Below are positions 40,395-51,037 of a DNA stretch of 64,000 nucleotides, piece after piece. How positions within the stretch are numbered: position 1 is the first letter of the stretch; every line of letters starts with the position of its first letter. The position numbers and the translations under genes were made by a program. The notes beneath the pieces were generated by a model, which worked only from the letters and a program-made list of their open reading frames with translations, made no database searches and was not told where the DNA came from. Source of the stretch: an uncultured Phycisphaerales bacterium (lineage in GTDB: Bacteria; Planctomycetota; Phycisphaerae; Tepidisphaerales; Tepidisphaeraceae); the NCBI GenBank assembly GCA_963792535.1, contig CAWBWQ010000001.1, forward strand, positions 224,001 through 288,000, given 5' to 3'.

Positions 40395-43300
40395 TCATGG
40401 ATTTGAGACGCTTGGTGTCGCCGAACGCAGGACTACCGGCCCCAGGAGGCCCGATGGCAACCGCGGCTTGTCAGCGGTGTAGGGTGGATAGTTGGTCCAG
40501 GTAAGCCGCTTTGCTTCGGGCAGACCGGCGTCGGCGATCAGCCGATTCGCCCAGAGGTTGGCCACCTTTACCTCCAGGCGATTTTTCCCGGCATGCAGCG
40601 CCGCTGTCACATCAACCGAATACGGCGCTTTCCAAACATCGCCAAGATTCTGTCCGTTCACAGTGACCGATGCGATGACATCCACCTTGCCGAGATCAAG
40701 GACCACTCTTGGGGGCAATGTTTTTGGCAGATCGAACTCGCGCGTATACGTAGCGGTTCCGGAGTAATCGCGGATGCCCTGGTCTGTAGAATCAGTCCAG
40801 GAAATGAGGCGGGGAAATTCCACCTGGGCTGGCCCACCCCAGCGCGGATCGAAGCTCACATTCCACGCATCGGCTAACGATTGCCAAACCGGCATCGCCC
40901 GCGTTAACCCTGCTGCAAAAGTTGCCGGCGGAGGGCCGTCGCGGAAGACCACGAAGATGGATTCGTGCGATTCCAGTTGCAACGGCACCTCGGTCACCGG
41001 TCCCGAGCGGACCGCGCCGGGCAGCTGATCGATGGAACCGGTCTGGGGATTCCATTGCTGAGCATTCCCGCCATGGGCCCGAAAAATCCCGGTAAAAGTC
41101 GCGGGCACATCGCTATGATTCGCGACAAAGTAGATGTCATCCTGTTCGCTTTTTCGATGGGCATAAAGGATGTCAACGTCTGCTCCTTTTGCCTCGAAGT
41201 CCTTCGGGGTATTCAGCAATGCCAGTGCATCAGCCGGCGACCGGCCCCAGACCATCGTGCCTGACCCGGTCTTGCGTTCGCCCGGGCTGTCGGTGGGGCC
41301 CCAGAGTTCATCGGCGATCCGCCGAACTTCCGCATCGCCGGTAGCGCCATCTCCAAAGCTGGGCGAACCGAGCGGCTTGGTTTGACCAAGAACCGTCGCG
41401 CCCCCTTTCACCAGTGATTCTAATTGTCGCGCCGCCGCCAATGTCATCCGGTTGCCGCCGGCAAGCACCAGCATCCGGTAGCTCATTCCACCGGGCAATA
41501 CCACCCGCCCATCCTTCACGCTTGCGCCAGCAAAATCTCGTCCCCACAAACGTCGTAATCGTACCCCGCTGGCGGCACGGGCCGCATCCGCCAGGTCGCA
41601 ATCTTCAACGGCGTGTCGTTACCGAGGTGGTAAAGCAGGTCGATCACTGGCTGTCCTTGCCGCATCATTGCCGACGAGCGGGCGAGCGTGTTCCAGAACC
41701 CGCCGCTGTATTCCCACCAGGTGTTGTTCCGCTGAAAGGAAAGTATCAACTTGGGCTCGACGACGCCCGGTTTTCGGTCGTCCCACGGCTGATGGACATC
41801 CGCGAGCGCGACAAAGCGATTAATCCCCAGCGAAAGCGCAGCGTCAGCCATCGGCTTTTCCGTTTCCGGGCACGCTGTAAAAGGGCTGCCGGTGAATGAT
41901 TCCGCCGCGGCGATTGGATGCCCATAGCAGTGAGCGGCACACGCGGCCTCTTTGCAATCCATGGTTCCGTTACGCTGGCCATTCCAGAACTCGCCCATCG
42001 GGATATCCACGCGACCTTTGGACTGGATATTGTCACACGGCATGCCAGCCGCGATGCCGGGCACTGCGCCATCAGGGTTACTCCGTCGGCCTGACAGAGC
42101 TTTTCAAATGTCCCAAAGTATTCATCGCTCATCACGTCGGCGATCGTTCGCCGCACGTCGAACAAGACGCGATCGGAGAGTTCCGCGCTGCCCACCACGC
42201 GGCCGGCCATCAGCGGCAGGTAGTGGATCAAATCGTATCCATGCCGCTTGCGGAATTGTGCCGGGAAATCGGCGGTCCAATTTTGCGAGCCGCTCTCGGC
42301 ACTATCCATGTTCATCCCACTCAGGCGTGCGCCCGGAACGGTCTTGATCTGTTCGAGGATGCGTCCGAAATAGTTCTTGTATTCCACAGTCGTGGCTTCG
42401 GCGCTGAGCTTGTCGCATTCAAGGCCCATGCCTTCGGGCCTTCCGTGCTTCGTGCCCGAGCCCGTGGGGGTATGGCCAAAGCGCAGGATCGTCCATCGGC
42501 CTGGAGGGGCGTCCCAATTCAACCGCCCATCCGCGTCCAGGTGGCTGGTGAGATCCACAATCTTCTCCGGATCGATGACCTCGTCACCTTTGTAGGGAGG
42601 CGTGCGATCGGGATTGGAGAAATCCAGGACGTTGCCTGACTTTGATTCCCACTGGTCGACCAGCGCTTCCCCGTGGAGGTGGACATTTCCAAGCTGAAGG
42701 TTCAGCCCCTTGCCTGCCCCGTCCCATCCGTGGAGTTTAAGCCGAAAATAGCGAGCTTTGACGGCCGGGAACGAGATGGTTTGCCAATTCCAGTGATCCT
42801 GCAAATAGCCACGGCCCGGCACATCGCATACCGGCTGCCACTGCGTTCCGTCATCGCTGGATTCCAACTGGCCGATAGGGGGAATCACATAGTGCATCAC
42901 CTTGGCGGGGTCGTCGCTCCAATCCCCCGGCTGCTGGGTGACAAGAACAACCGCCTTTGAAATGGGATGGACCAAATAGGTCAAGCTGCGGGCTGTGAAC
43001 GGCTGACCGTAATCCATCTGGACCAGCGCCGGCGCGGGTCCGGGCGGGATTTCTGACCAGGACCGCGCCGATGGATCAAACATTCTGTTCAGATCGCGCA
43101 GTGGCGGCGTGCTTTGCAGCACCGGTGGCGTCCTGTTTGGCTCGTCGCCGGCAGGAGCAGGGAAAGCAAGCACCGCCACGTCCCGGTAGAAATTGAGCTC
43201 GGTCCGCGGTTGCGGCAGGAGCCCGGAAAATTTCTTCCCACCGTCTACCTGAAGTTCGCTGGATACCAGCCGCTGCATCCCCAGCTCCGGCGTAATCCAC

Positions 43301-43725
43301 GGGCCGCCGGCGACATAGCCGCTGCACGTATTGAGTTCCAGCGTCATGCCGAGCCGCGCGCACTCCGCGGCGGCGAATCGCACCCGCGCGAGCCATTCCG
43401 GTGAAAGGCTTTTAAGCGCATCGGGCGCATCGGCGAAAACCTGTTCGTAGATGACCACGCCGCCGAAACCCACCCGTTTTAAAGCCTCTAAATCCTGGGT
43501 AATTCCATGTTCGGTGATGACAGATTCACCCCAGAACCACCACACCGCCGGCTTAGCTGGGGTTGGAGGGACAAGAAAATTCTGCTTCAGCGAATCCGGT
43601 TCGTCCGCCAGCGCGCGGAACGTCCCGACGAGCATGAATGAAGCCGCCAATGCCACATAAAAACGCGCGTCGAGCAGATTGCGGCGCTTCTTTGATCTCG
43701 TCAGTTTCACTATGTGCACCTCCAA
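40395..43725 (-). CDS. GH106 alpha-L-rhamnosidase-like protein; frameshifts near 42063 and 41525
   Basis: PAVWWFW, GITQDLEAL..VGFGG, GGPWITPE, GLECDKLS, DSAESGSQNWT, DIPMGEFW, AAESFT, LDLG.V..A.VTVNG, PSGLLGPV. Confidence 0.85.
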
Positions 43726-44081
43726 TGAGCGGTAACAGGCCAGAAGGGATTTTGCTCATGCTATCAGCTTGGAACATCTTCGCCAGCGACCGAAGGCTGG
43801 ATCATCACGACGCACCTTCAGCGACAATCGAACAGTGATTCTTCATCGTTCGCCGTGCGGTTGATGACCGATTTCCAGGCGTCTTAATCGTCCTGAGCTT
43901 CCACGCGTTTCCCGAAAGTTGGGGGGATTTAGTGGGGTTGTAATTACGGCTGTATCGCGTCGGATGGTATTGACTGCATAACCTTGGCAGGTGAATAAAT
44001 ATGTCACGCCCGCGCAGAAATCGTTTTGGCGGGTTGGTAGTGTTTACAGATCGAATCAAACAACAACACGAGGGTTATCAG

Positions 44082-45018
44082 ATGCTATCGCGAATTCTTG
44101 GCGGGATTGTGATTGTTTTCTGCGTTGCAGGCAGCTCCATCGCACAGTCGGCGTCCAGGGCGTCGCCGAAGATTCGGGTGTTAATTATTGACGGTGCTTC
44201 GAACCATAATTGGCAGCTGAATACGCAGTTGCTGGTGGGTCTGCTCAAGCCGACTGGTTTGTTTGATGTCAGTGTCTCCACATGCCCGCGCGACTCTGCC
44301 GGAGTGGTCTAACTGGTCGCCTGATTTTTCCAAGGCCGACGTGGTCATCCAGACTTATAACGACAAAGGTCAGCCGGCTGCCAAATGGCCAGATACGGTG
44401 AAGGCTGGGTTTGTGTCGTTTGTGAAAAATGGAGGCGGGGTTTTTATCTATCATTCAGCGAACAATGCGTTTTCTGATTGGCCGGAATACAACGACATCA
44501 TCGGTCTGGGTTGGCGGCCGGTGTCGTATGGCACGGCGATGAAGATGGACGTCGATGGAAACATCACGCGACTGGCGCCGGGTGAAGGCAAGGGAACGGC
44601 GCACGCTCCGCGGCAGGACGTGCTGGTGCATCAGCTGGGTGAACATCCGATTCATACCGGCCTGCCGCGCACCTGGCTGACGCCAAAGCTAGAGGTGTAT
44701 TGCGATTCACGGGGTCCGGCGAATCACGTTCAGGTTCTTTCGTATGGACAGGATCCACATGAGAAGGACTATTGGCCGCTGGAGTGGACGGTGGAGTACG
44801 GGCAGGGCCGGGTGTATGCGTCATCGTTCGGGCATGTGTGGAAGGATGAATCGGCGACACACCAGCCGGTGGATCTGCTTGCGGTTGACGAACAGGTGCT
44901 GATTCAGCGAGCCATCCAGTGGCTTGCCAAGCGCGAGGTGACGATCGCGGTACCTCCGAATTTCCCCACAGCGTCGAAGGTTTCGCTCAGTCCGCCGATC
45001 GAGATTCTGCCTCAATAG
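44082..45018 (+). CDS. Secreted ThuA-like (class I glutamine amidotransferase fold) protein; frameshift near 44290
   Basis: VLIIDGASNHNW, FVKNGGG..IYHSA, HPIHTGLP, YGQGRVY..FGH. Confidence 0.8.
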
Positions 45019-45306
45019 CAGTTGTTTTTGCCTTGGAGGGGGTTGGGGCGTCTTTTTTGGGGGTACCGCGGCGGACAGGATCTGCGCGTCTTAAATACAT
45101 CTTAATAAACAACTTAAAACGATTTTGTGAGTCGCCATCCTAGTTCGTCCTGGGACATGAGAATTGAAAAAGTGGAATTCGGAATTCTGATGGTTGATGA
45201 ATTCATTGAGTAGCAGGCTTGGCTTTGAATTTATAGGAAGGCGGGGATAGGATTGCATCTCCATTTCCCCGCTATCTTTAGGTAACATCCATTCTGGAGG
45301 CAACAG

Positions 45307-45909
45307 ATGCGTATCGCGCTGATCATACTGGTTGTTTTTTCTCTCGCTCCGTTTGCTCATGCCGCCGACGATGCGGCCATCAAGCAGGCGTATATCACCT
45401 ATTTGCAGGCCCGGATTGATCACAATCTCGATGCGGCCAAGGCCGCGAGCACGGGCGATGAATTGGGTCAGCGGTATCTGGCACAGGACATCGAGCGGCA
45501 AACTCTGGCGGAAAAATTGAAAGTTGCCCAGATGAAGTTTCGGCATCCGGGTGTTGCTACTTCCCAGCCGGTAATGAAAGCGGAAACCACATTCAAGATG
45601 ATGCTGGACAATGCAACCATCACCCAGGACGGCGACACCGCCAAGATCACGCCCAAGGGTGCACCCATTAGTTATTGCTTTCGCAAGGTAGATGGCAGTT
45701 GGAAGGCCGACCTGAATCACTGGGGATCGGCAATCACAGCCGAGCAGGTTGCGCAGTATGAAAAAACGCTCCCGCTGATGCGCGACATTATCGGCAAAAT
45801 TGACAGTGGTGAGATCAAATCTGAGGCTGATCTGGAATCTGCCATGAAGAATGCGCAACGGGCGGCGGGCCAACCCGCTACAGGTCCGGCGGCAAAGATC
45901 GGGCGGTAA
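45307..45909 (+). CDS. Secreted hypothetical protein (possible NTF2-like fold)
   Basis: GGAGG RBS, signal peptide ending AHA, 'DGDTAKI..RKVDGSWK' pattern. Confidence 0.7.
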   Translation: MRIALIILVVFSLAPFAHAADDAAIKQAYITYLQARIDHNLDAAKAASTGDELGQRYLAQDIERQTLAEKLKVAQMKFRHPGVATSQPVMKAETTFKMMLDNATITQDGDTAKITPKGAPISYCFRKVDGSWKADLNHWGSAITAEQVAQYEKTLPLMRDIIGKIDSGEIKSEADLESAMKNAQRAAGQPATGPAAKIGR

Positions 45910-46108
45910 TGGTGGCGACGCAAAGGAAAATAAGAGCGATTAAATTTAATCCAAACTTCGATTTTAGAGTTGTGGAACGGCACTCACTGCGGTTCAGGCG
46001 GATGAGCTACAATTTTCGAAGCAGTATCCAGGTATCTAAGGCGATTTGCGGATCGATTGAGGGCCTTTTTTTTCGATAACGAAAGGTCTATAATGCGGTA
46101 GTTCCACC

Positions 46109-46490
46109 GGGGGCGATCGGTTTCGACCGGATAGCTGCGGTGGTGGTGGCATGCCCAGGACGCTCACTTGGCCTGGTAAAAAAAGTGAGCAAACAACAAC
46201 TGCCAACAACGATGTTGCAGGCCGAGTCGGCTTCACCGCCGCCCCGGTTGTAATGGCTGCCTAAATTTAGGCTGCCTCGATACAGTGTGATGCCCGCAGC
46301 ACACTGGTCGAAAAACGCGGGCTGGTCTGTCGATTCCACCGTTGGTCGACAGATAAGATTTAGACGGCATGTTCCGCCCGTAGGGTGCCCGTGATCGCCG
46401 GGCGGAACGAGAATAAAACACGAGGCTAAGCATGTAGAGGCTGCCATTTGGGTTGTCTCGGGACGAGGGTTCAATTCCCTCCGCCTCCAC
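46109..46490 (+). ncRNA. ssrA: tmRNA; tag reading frame 46202-46264 encodes ANNDVAGRVGFTAAPVVMAA
   Basis: 5' GGGGGCGATCGGTTTCGAC, 3' T-arm GGGTTCAATTCCC and CGCCTCCA with G3-U70 Ala determinant, tag ending AA-stop, TATAAT at 46089-46094. Confidence 0.95.
46468..46489 (+). repeat. att core, left copy (GGTTCAATTCCCTCCGCCTCCA) within the tmRNA 3' end
   Basis: Identical 22-mer at 51038-51059. Confidence 0.95.
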
Positions 46491-46578
46491 TGGGTTCTGG
46501 CGCTGGAATCGCGGTTTCGGCTAAAACTCAGGCTAGAATTGGTTGACTTTCAAGCCCCGTTTTGTCATCTTTTACAGC

Positions 46579-47935
46579 ATGGCAAAACGGGGTCGAAAGC
46601 AAAAACCTCATGTCTGTTCATGGGACGGCAAACATGTTGACGGGCTGTACCATTGCCCCGATGGACGCTGGCGAATTGTATCCACAGGGGAACGATTCAC
46701 ACAGCCCGATGAACGTCTCGCCGTTCTGTACTTCCGTCGCTGGGAGGCCCGCCAGAACCCCAACAACGCGAACGTAGAGATTCCCGTCAACCCCGATCCA
46801 AGTGACGACGACTTTGGTGCCGTTGAAGCTGTAGTTCGCAATCAACTCGGACCCGGTGAGTTTCGCGCCAAGTGACGATTCACTGATTCTCACCATTCCT
46901 GAAAATCCCGCAGATTCGATGAAACTGATCCGACAGTTTCCAGTTGAAGTCCTCGCCGCTTACTTCCGCAATGAACTCATTGAACGCCCGAAGTTTTGGG
47001 CCGAACAAACGGGGATTGAACAACTCGGATACTGGACTGATCTTCCCAAACCAACTCCATCGCCGTCGCTGATTGAAGTCGGAAGTTTGTACTTTGACAA
47101 AGCGAAGGTTAAACCCCGATGGCTTGCCAGAAGTCGGGAATGGTGGACCGAATTTTGTGGTTCAGTTGACGCCCAAACGCTCAGGGAAATAAGTCAGGAA
47201 ATGGTTGCTGATTACAAATCGGACGTACTCGAAACTCAACTGTCGGATAATAGGTCCACGACGTATGTGAAACACCGTTTCGGTGCCGTCAAAACGATGA
47301 TCGCCTACTCGAAACATTGGGGCCTCTGGGCCGATGATCGCACGAAAGCACTTGGATATTGTTCGATTCTCATTCCGCCTAAATCAGTAACACCGAACCC
47401 AGCACCCATTGAACGTAGTCACTTCCACACGCTGCTGAGTGCTGGCGATGATAATATGGACGCTCTGCTGTTGCTGGCCTTGAATTTCTGCATGTATGGC
47501 CATGAAGTCGCTTGCTTAGAATGGTCAGATTTCGACTTCGATAAAAAAACATTGGTGACTGATCGAACTAAAACGGGAGTTGCAAGAATCGGTGTTATGT
47601 GGGATCGCACAATCGATGCTCTGAACAAACTGGCACGCTTTCCCGGAATCAAAACGCTCATGCTGACAGACGGCACTCGCCAACCCCACAACGCCAATAC
47701 GTTCGGCAAGGCATTCCGCGACCTGAGAACCGCAACGGGAGTTCCCGATACCGTCAAACTATGTCACGTTCGCGACGGTTCATACACCGCCGCTGCGGAG
47801 GGTGAGCAGGTCCAGTACGAACATGCCCGCATTCTTGGGGGTCATAGGCTGGGAATGTCTGATGCCTACATCAAACGACGCCCTAAGCTGGTGGCCGATG
47901 CCTGTAAAGCGATTGAACTGGCCTACTTTGGGTGA
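46579..47935 (+). CDS. Tyrosine recombinase/integrase with atypical motifs; frameshift near 46865
   Basis: LLLALNFCMYGHEVACLEWSD, RTKTG, CHVRD, LGGH..MSDAY; position adjacent to att. Confidence 0.8.
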
Positions 47936-48179
47936 GGATGAAAGTACGTTTCAAGCCAGCTATTTCCAAGTCGAAGCTTCATGACATAACATGATATTTC
48001 GATTAATGTGTTATGTTAGTGTCCACTTCTATTCGTTTCAAAAACTCTGGACGATGGAACTCATATCGGGAGTGTTCCCGCTGATCCTCACTAGATCATC
48101 ATGAAACAACGTCTAATGCGTCGATAGTAAAAACAGTTAAGGGCATAACGCCCAAGTATGAATGATCTAGTGAGCGAAG

Positions 48180-48208
48180 AACCCAGCGGAATGCCCGTTG
48201 GGTTTTTT
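48180..48208 (+). terminator. Intrinsic terminator-like hairpin immediately upstream of the rep ORF
   Basis: AACCCAGCGG-AATGC-CCGTTGGGTT followed by TTTT. Confidence 0.7.
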
Positions 48209-48213
48209 GCTTT

Positions 48214-49021
48214 ATGTCATCAATCGCACTGGAAAACTTCGCTACATGGGAATCCGATGCCACTCTGCTGATCGAAGCCCCGTCCCATATCAGTGCAACA
48301 TCCAAACGCGAAAATGGATTATTAGCTCACAAACGCCACTCCCCAAATGGGGAAAATGACCAATGGGACAACTCTAAATCTGCATCATCTAAGCCAAGAT
48401 GTGTCTACCAAAACCGTTGTGGACTGTCAGGATGTGTCCATTGCGATCAAATTCGCGCCAATAGGAAACTCCCCGAAGTCTTAGAGAACATAAAACCCAA
48501 AGCTCCAAAGCTCTATTTTCTAACCCTGACTCTGAGACAAGAACATGATGCGTCCAGAGAAACACCACTAAAAAGAACAACTTGGCACACTCTACAACAG
48601 CATCATTTTACTGCGGAAGCATCCCTCTTGGGCCTCCAAAGTACATGGTGGGATTCAACGTCTCCATGTGGCACACGGGCCGAATGGCTGGAACGCCCAT
48701 TTCCATCTTCTGATCGAATCAGAACCCGTAAACCGAAGTGACATCCAACGGGCTTGGGCCGATGTTAGCGGGGGTCATTACTCCGTCGATCTGCAATCTG
48801 TCGGTAATAGCGACTCCGATCATCTGCGTTTAACCAAGTACGTTCTGAAGGCTCCACAACGCTCTATAGCTCAGAGCGAACCGCTCATGGTTGAATACCG
48901 TTCTGCAACTAGAAACAGGCGTAAAATCCAGCGTTTTGGAAATTGGACAAACACCCGATTTACGCCTGAAAGATGGATAAAACAAACGCGCACCAGCAGC
49001 AGAACCAACTGCCGAAATTGA
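48214..49021 (+). CDS. rep: Rolling-circle replication initiator, HUH Rep_1 (pC194-like) family; frameshift near 48575, ends approximate
   Basis: CxxxxCxxC, motif I YFLTLT, motif II WNAHFHLL, motif III YVLK, C-terminal RRKIQRFG. Confidence 0.85.
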
Positions 49022-49120
49022 CTACGAACCAACAGCAGAAAAACGCACAGAATGGGAACTAGATTCTGCCGCTCTACTCGGAAATGAAAGCAAAAATGAA
49101 ACTACTTACTTGGGGGAACA

Positions 49121-49744
49121 ATGGGGGAAAGAACATATAGCGACCGTCGCAAACACGCGGACCGATTCGCACCAAAGCAACTCGCAATCGTTGCCAGCTT
49201 GTTTCCGAAAGAATGGGAATGCCGCATTAGCACCGAAACAGAAGACATGGGGGGTGTTGACTGCTGGATCGGAGAAAAGCGAATCGCCTTGCGAATCCGC
49301 TTCAATGCACATTACAACGACATCACCATCCGTCACAACGAACTTCAGAAACTCAAACAGGGATCAACAGACTACATGCTTTATTGCACCGCTGAAAAGC
49401 GACATGATACTGACTCGGAAAATCTTACTGGATGGAAGCTGATCGACTTGGCCGCGATTCGGCGGGCTGGGGAAGACTGGTTCTCCCAAGTCAAATACGA
49501 AGATCGAACCGCCGCCAATGGGGATCGGTTCTGGTTGTTCGATATCGACACCTTAGAAGCGAACTATGGACCCGCTGTAGTTGCGTCGGGATCGGTGGAA
49601 ATTGAGCAGACAACATCAACCGACACGGAAGGCAACATCACCACCATCAAAACCCAGACGGTGACACGGACGATACATCCATCGTTTTACCCTGACACCC
49701 CGGCCATCGTATGGAAACCAAGGTCGATTTTAGACGACCGATAG
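49121..49744 (+). CDS. Hypothetical protein, possible restriction-endonuclease-like (PD-(D/E)xK variant) fold
   Basis: ED..GVD..IALRIR..DITIR..ELQKL..G.DY.LY..W.LIDL pattern; the fold is inferred. Confidence 0.55.
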   Translation: MGERTYSDRRKHADRFAPKQLAIVASLFPKEWECRISTETEDMGGVDCWIGEKRIALRIRFNAHYNDITIRHNELQKLKQGSTDYMLYCTAEKRHDTDSENLTGWKLIDLAAIRRAGEDWFSQVKYEDRTAANGDRFWLFDIDTLEANYGPAVVASGSVEIEQTTSTDTEGNITTIKTQTVTRTIHPSFYPDTPAIVWKPRSILDDR

Positions 49745-49931
49745 TAGCCTTGCTCACGTTTTTTTAACTCCTTTCCACAGATTATGGGTATGCCTGTGGA
49801 TGCGGACCATGAGGGTAGGGACATTGGATTCTCTGGGACGATGGTAATCTCACCGCCGCCATACACGCCTTTCACGCGCAGCCTCAGATTCAGCATAGGG
49901 GGGCTTGCTGCTGTAATTCGTAACATTCTTA

Positions 49932-49960
49932 TTGACGTTCGTCAAATAGATTGTTACGAT
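49932..49960 (+). promoter_or_regulatory. Promoter TTGACG, 17 nt, TACGAT overlapped by palindrome TTGACG-TT-CGTCAA; 7 nt before the recombinase ATG
   Basis: Read directly from the sequence. Confidence 0.7.
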
Positions 49961-49967
49961 ACCCGCC

Positions 49968-50700
49968 ATGACAACCAAAACCCCAAAATTGGTGACATAC
50001 ATCCGGGTTTCAACTAAGCGTCAAGGTGAAAGCGGGCTTGGACTGGACGGCCAAACCAGTGCCGTCCAGAACTATGCCGCAAGTGTCGCTGGTGAGGTTG
50101 TTGCGACCTACAGGGAGATTGAATCAGGCCGCAACAATGCACGCCCGCAACTGGCAAAGGCAATCGCGCACTGCAAGCGAATCAAAGCCCGATTGGTAAT
50201 TGCCAAGTTAGATCGTCTCGCCCGCAATGTCGCGTTCGTCGCCAATCTCATGGAAGCGAATGTCGATTTTGTCGCCTGTGATAACCACGCACGCCAACCG
50301 TTTGACGATTCACATTCTCGCTGCTGTTGCGGAAGATGAAGCCCGTAGAATTTCAGAACGAACGAAAGCCGCTCTTGCCGTCGCCAAGCAACGCGGAACG
50401 CTTTTAGGGACACACAGGATTGGCCACTACACTGGAACCACAGAACAACATCGCAAGGCCGCTGCTGTGGCACGTAAGGCCGCTGCTGTCGCTCATGCTG
50501 TTGCTGCTGAACCGCTATACTCGGAAGTGACGCCGATCATTGCCAACTTGAAGGGTGAAGGGGCTTCACTCCAAACCATTGCTGATCGGTTGAATGCCGA
50601 TGGATTCACTACCCTGCGGGGCATGGCATGGGGCAAAATGCAGAGTATCCCGCCTGTGTGTTTGACCGGTGCTTGCTCCATTGTTTCATTCGGTTTGTGA
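49968..50700 (+). CDS. Serine recombinase (resolvase/invertase catalytic domain with short recombinase-like C-terminus); frameshift near 50287
   Basis: YIRVST..Q, ESG...RPQL, AKLDRLAR, ISERTKAAL, SLQTIADRLNADG. Confidence 0.9.
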
Positions 50701-50714
50701 AGTAGTATGTTGGC

Positions 50715-50921
50715 ATGGCAAAGAACACCAAACCAAACAAGGCTCAGACCGATTTCTGCGACAAACTGCGGACGGCATTGAAACGGCTAGTGGAAGAAAT
50801 CAAGCAAGCGGGGTTGTCTACTGCTGCAAAAAAGCGATTGCGGGAGCAATGCAAAATTCTTGGTGACCAAATTGCCGACGAATGCAGTGATGCGAAGATC
50901 AAGACTTCCGACGACAGATGA
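50715..50921 (+). CDS. Small helical hypothetical protein (68 aa)
   Basis: ORF preceded by TAGTAT 6 nt upstream; charged helical composition. Confidence 0.5.
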   Translation: MAKNTKPNKAQTDFCDKLRTALKRLVEEIKQAGLSTAAKKRLREQCKILGDQIADECSDAKIKTSDDR

Positions 50922-51037
50922 CCCGGTGATACCCCCGGCAGGGTCGATTATCTTGATCGGTCCCGCAGGTGGCTAAATTGGTGGCTAGAATTGGTTCACA
51001 ATATGCTGTTTTACTGGGTTTTTTGATAGTTGGGGGC

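Noticed and set aside
46036..46490. Minus-strand ORFs of 66-128 aa over this region
   Set aside because: Antisense to tmRNA; spurious
48087..48174. Self-cleaving ribozyme (hammerhead or twister) in the rep leader
   Set aside because: No CUGANGA/GAAA core or complete twister consensus found by eye
49110..49442. 110-aa ORF overlapping the nuclease-like gene
   Set aside because: Alternative frame with no protein-like features; only its upstream part may be a frameshifted Rep tail
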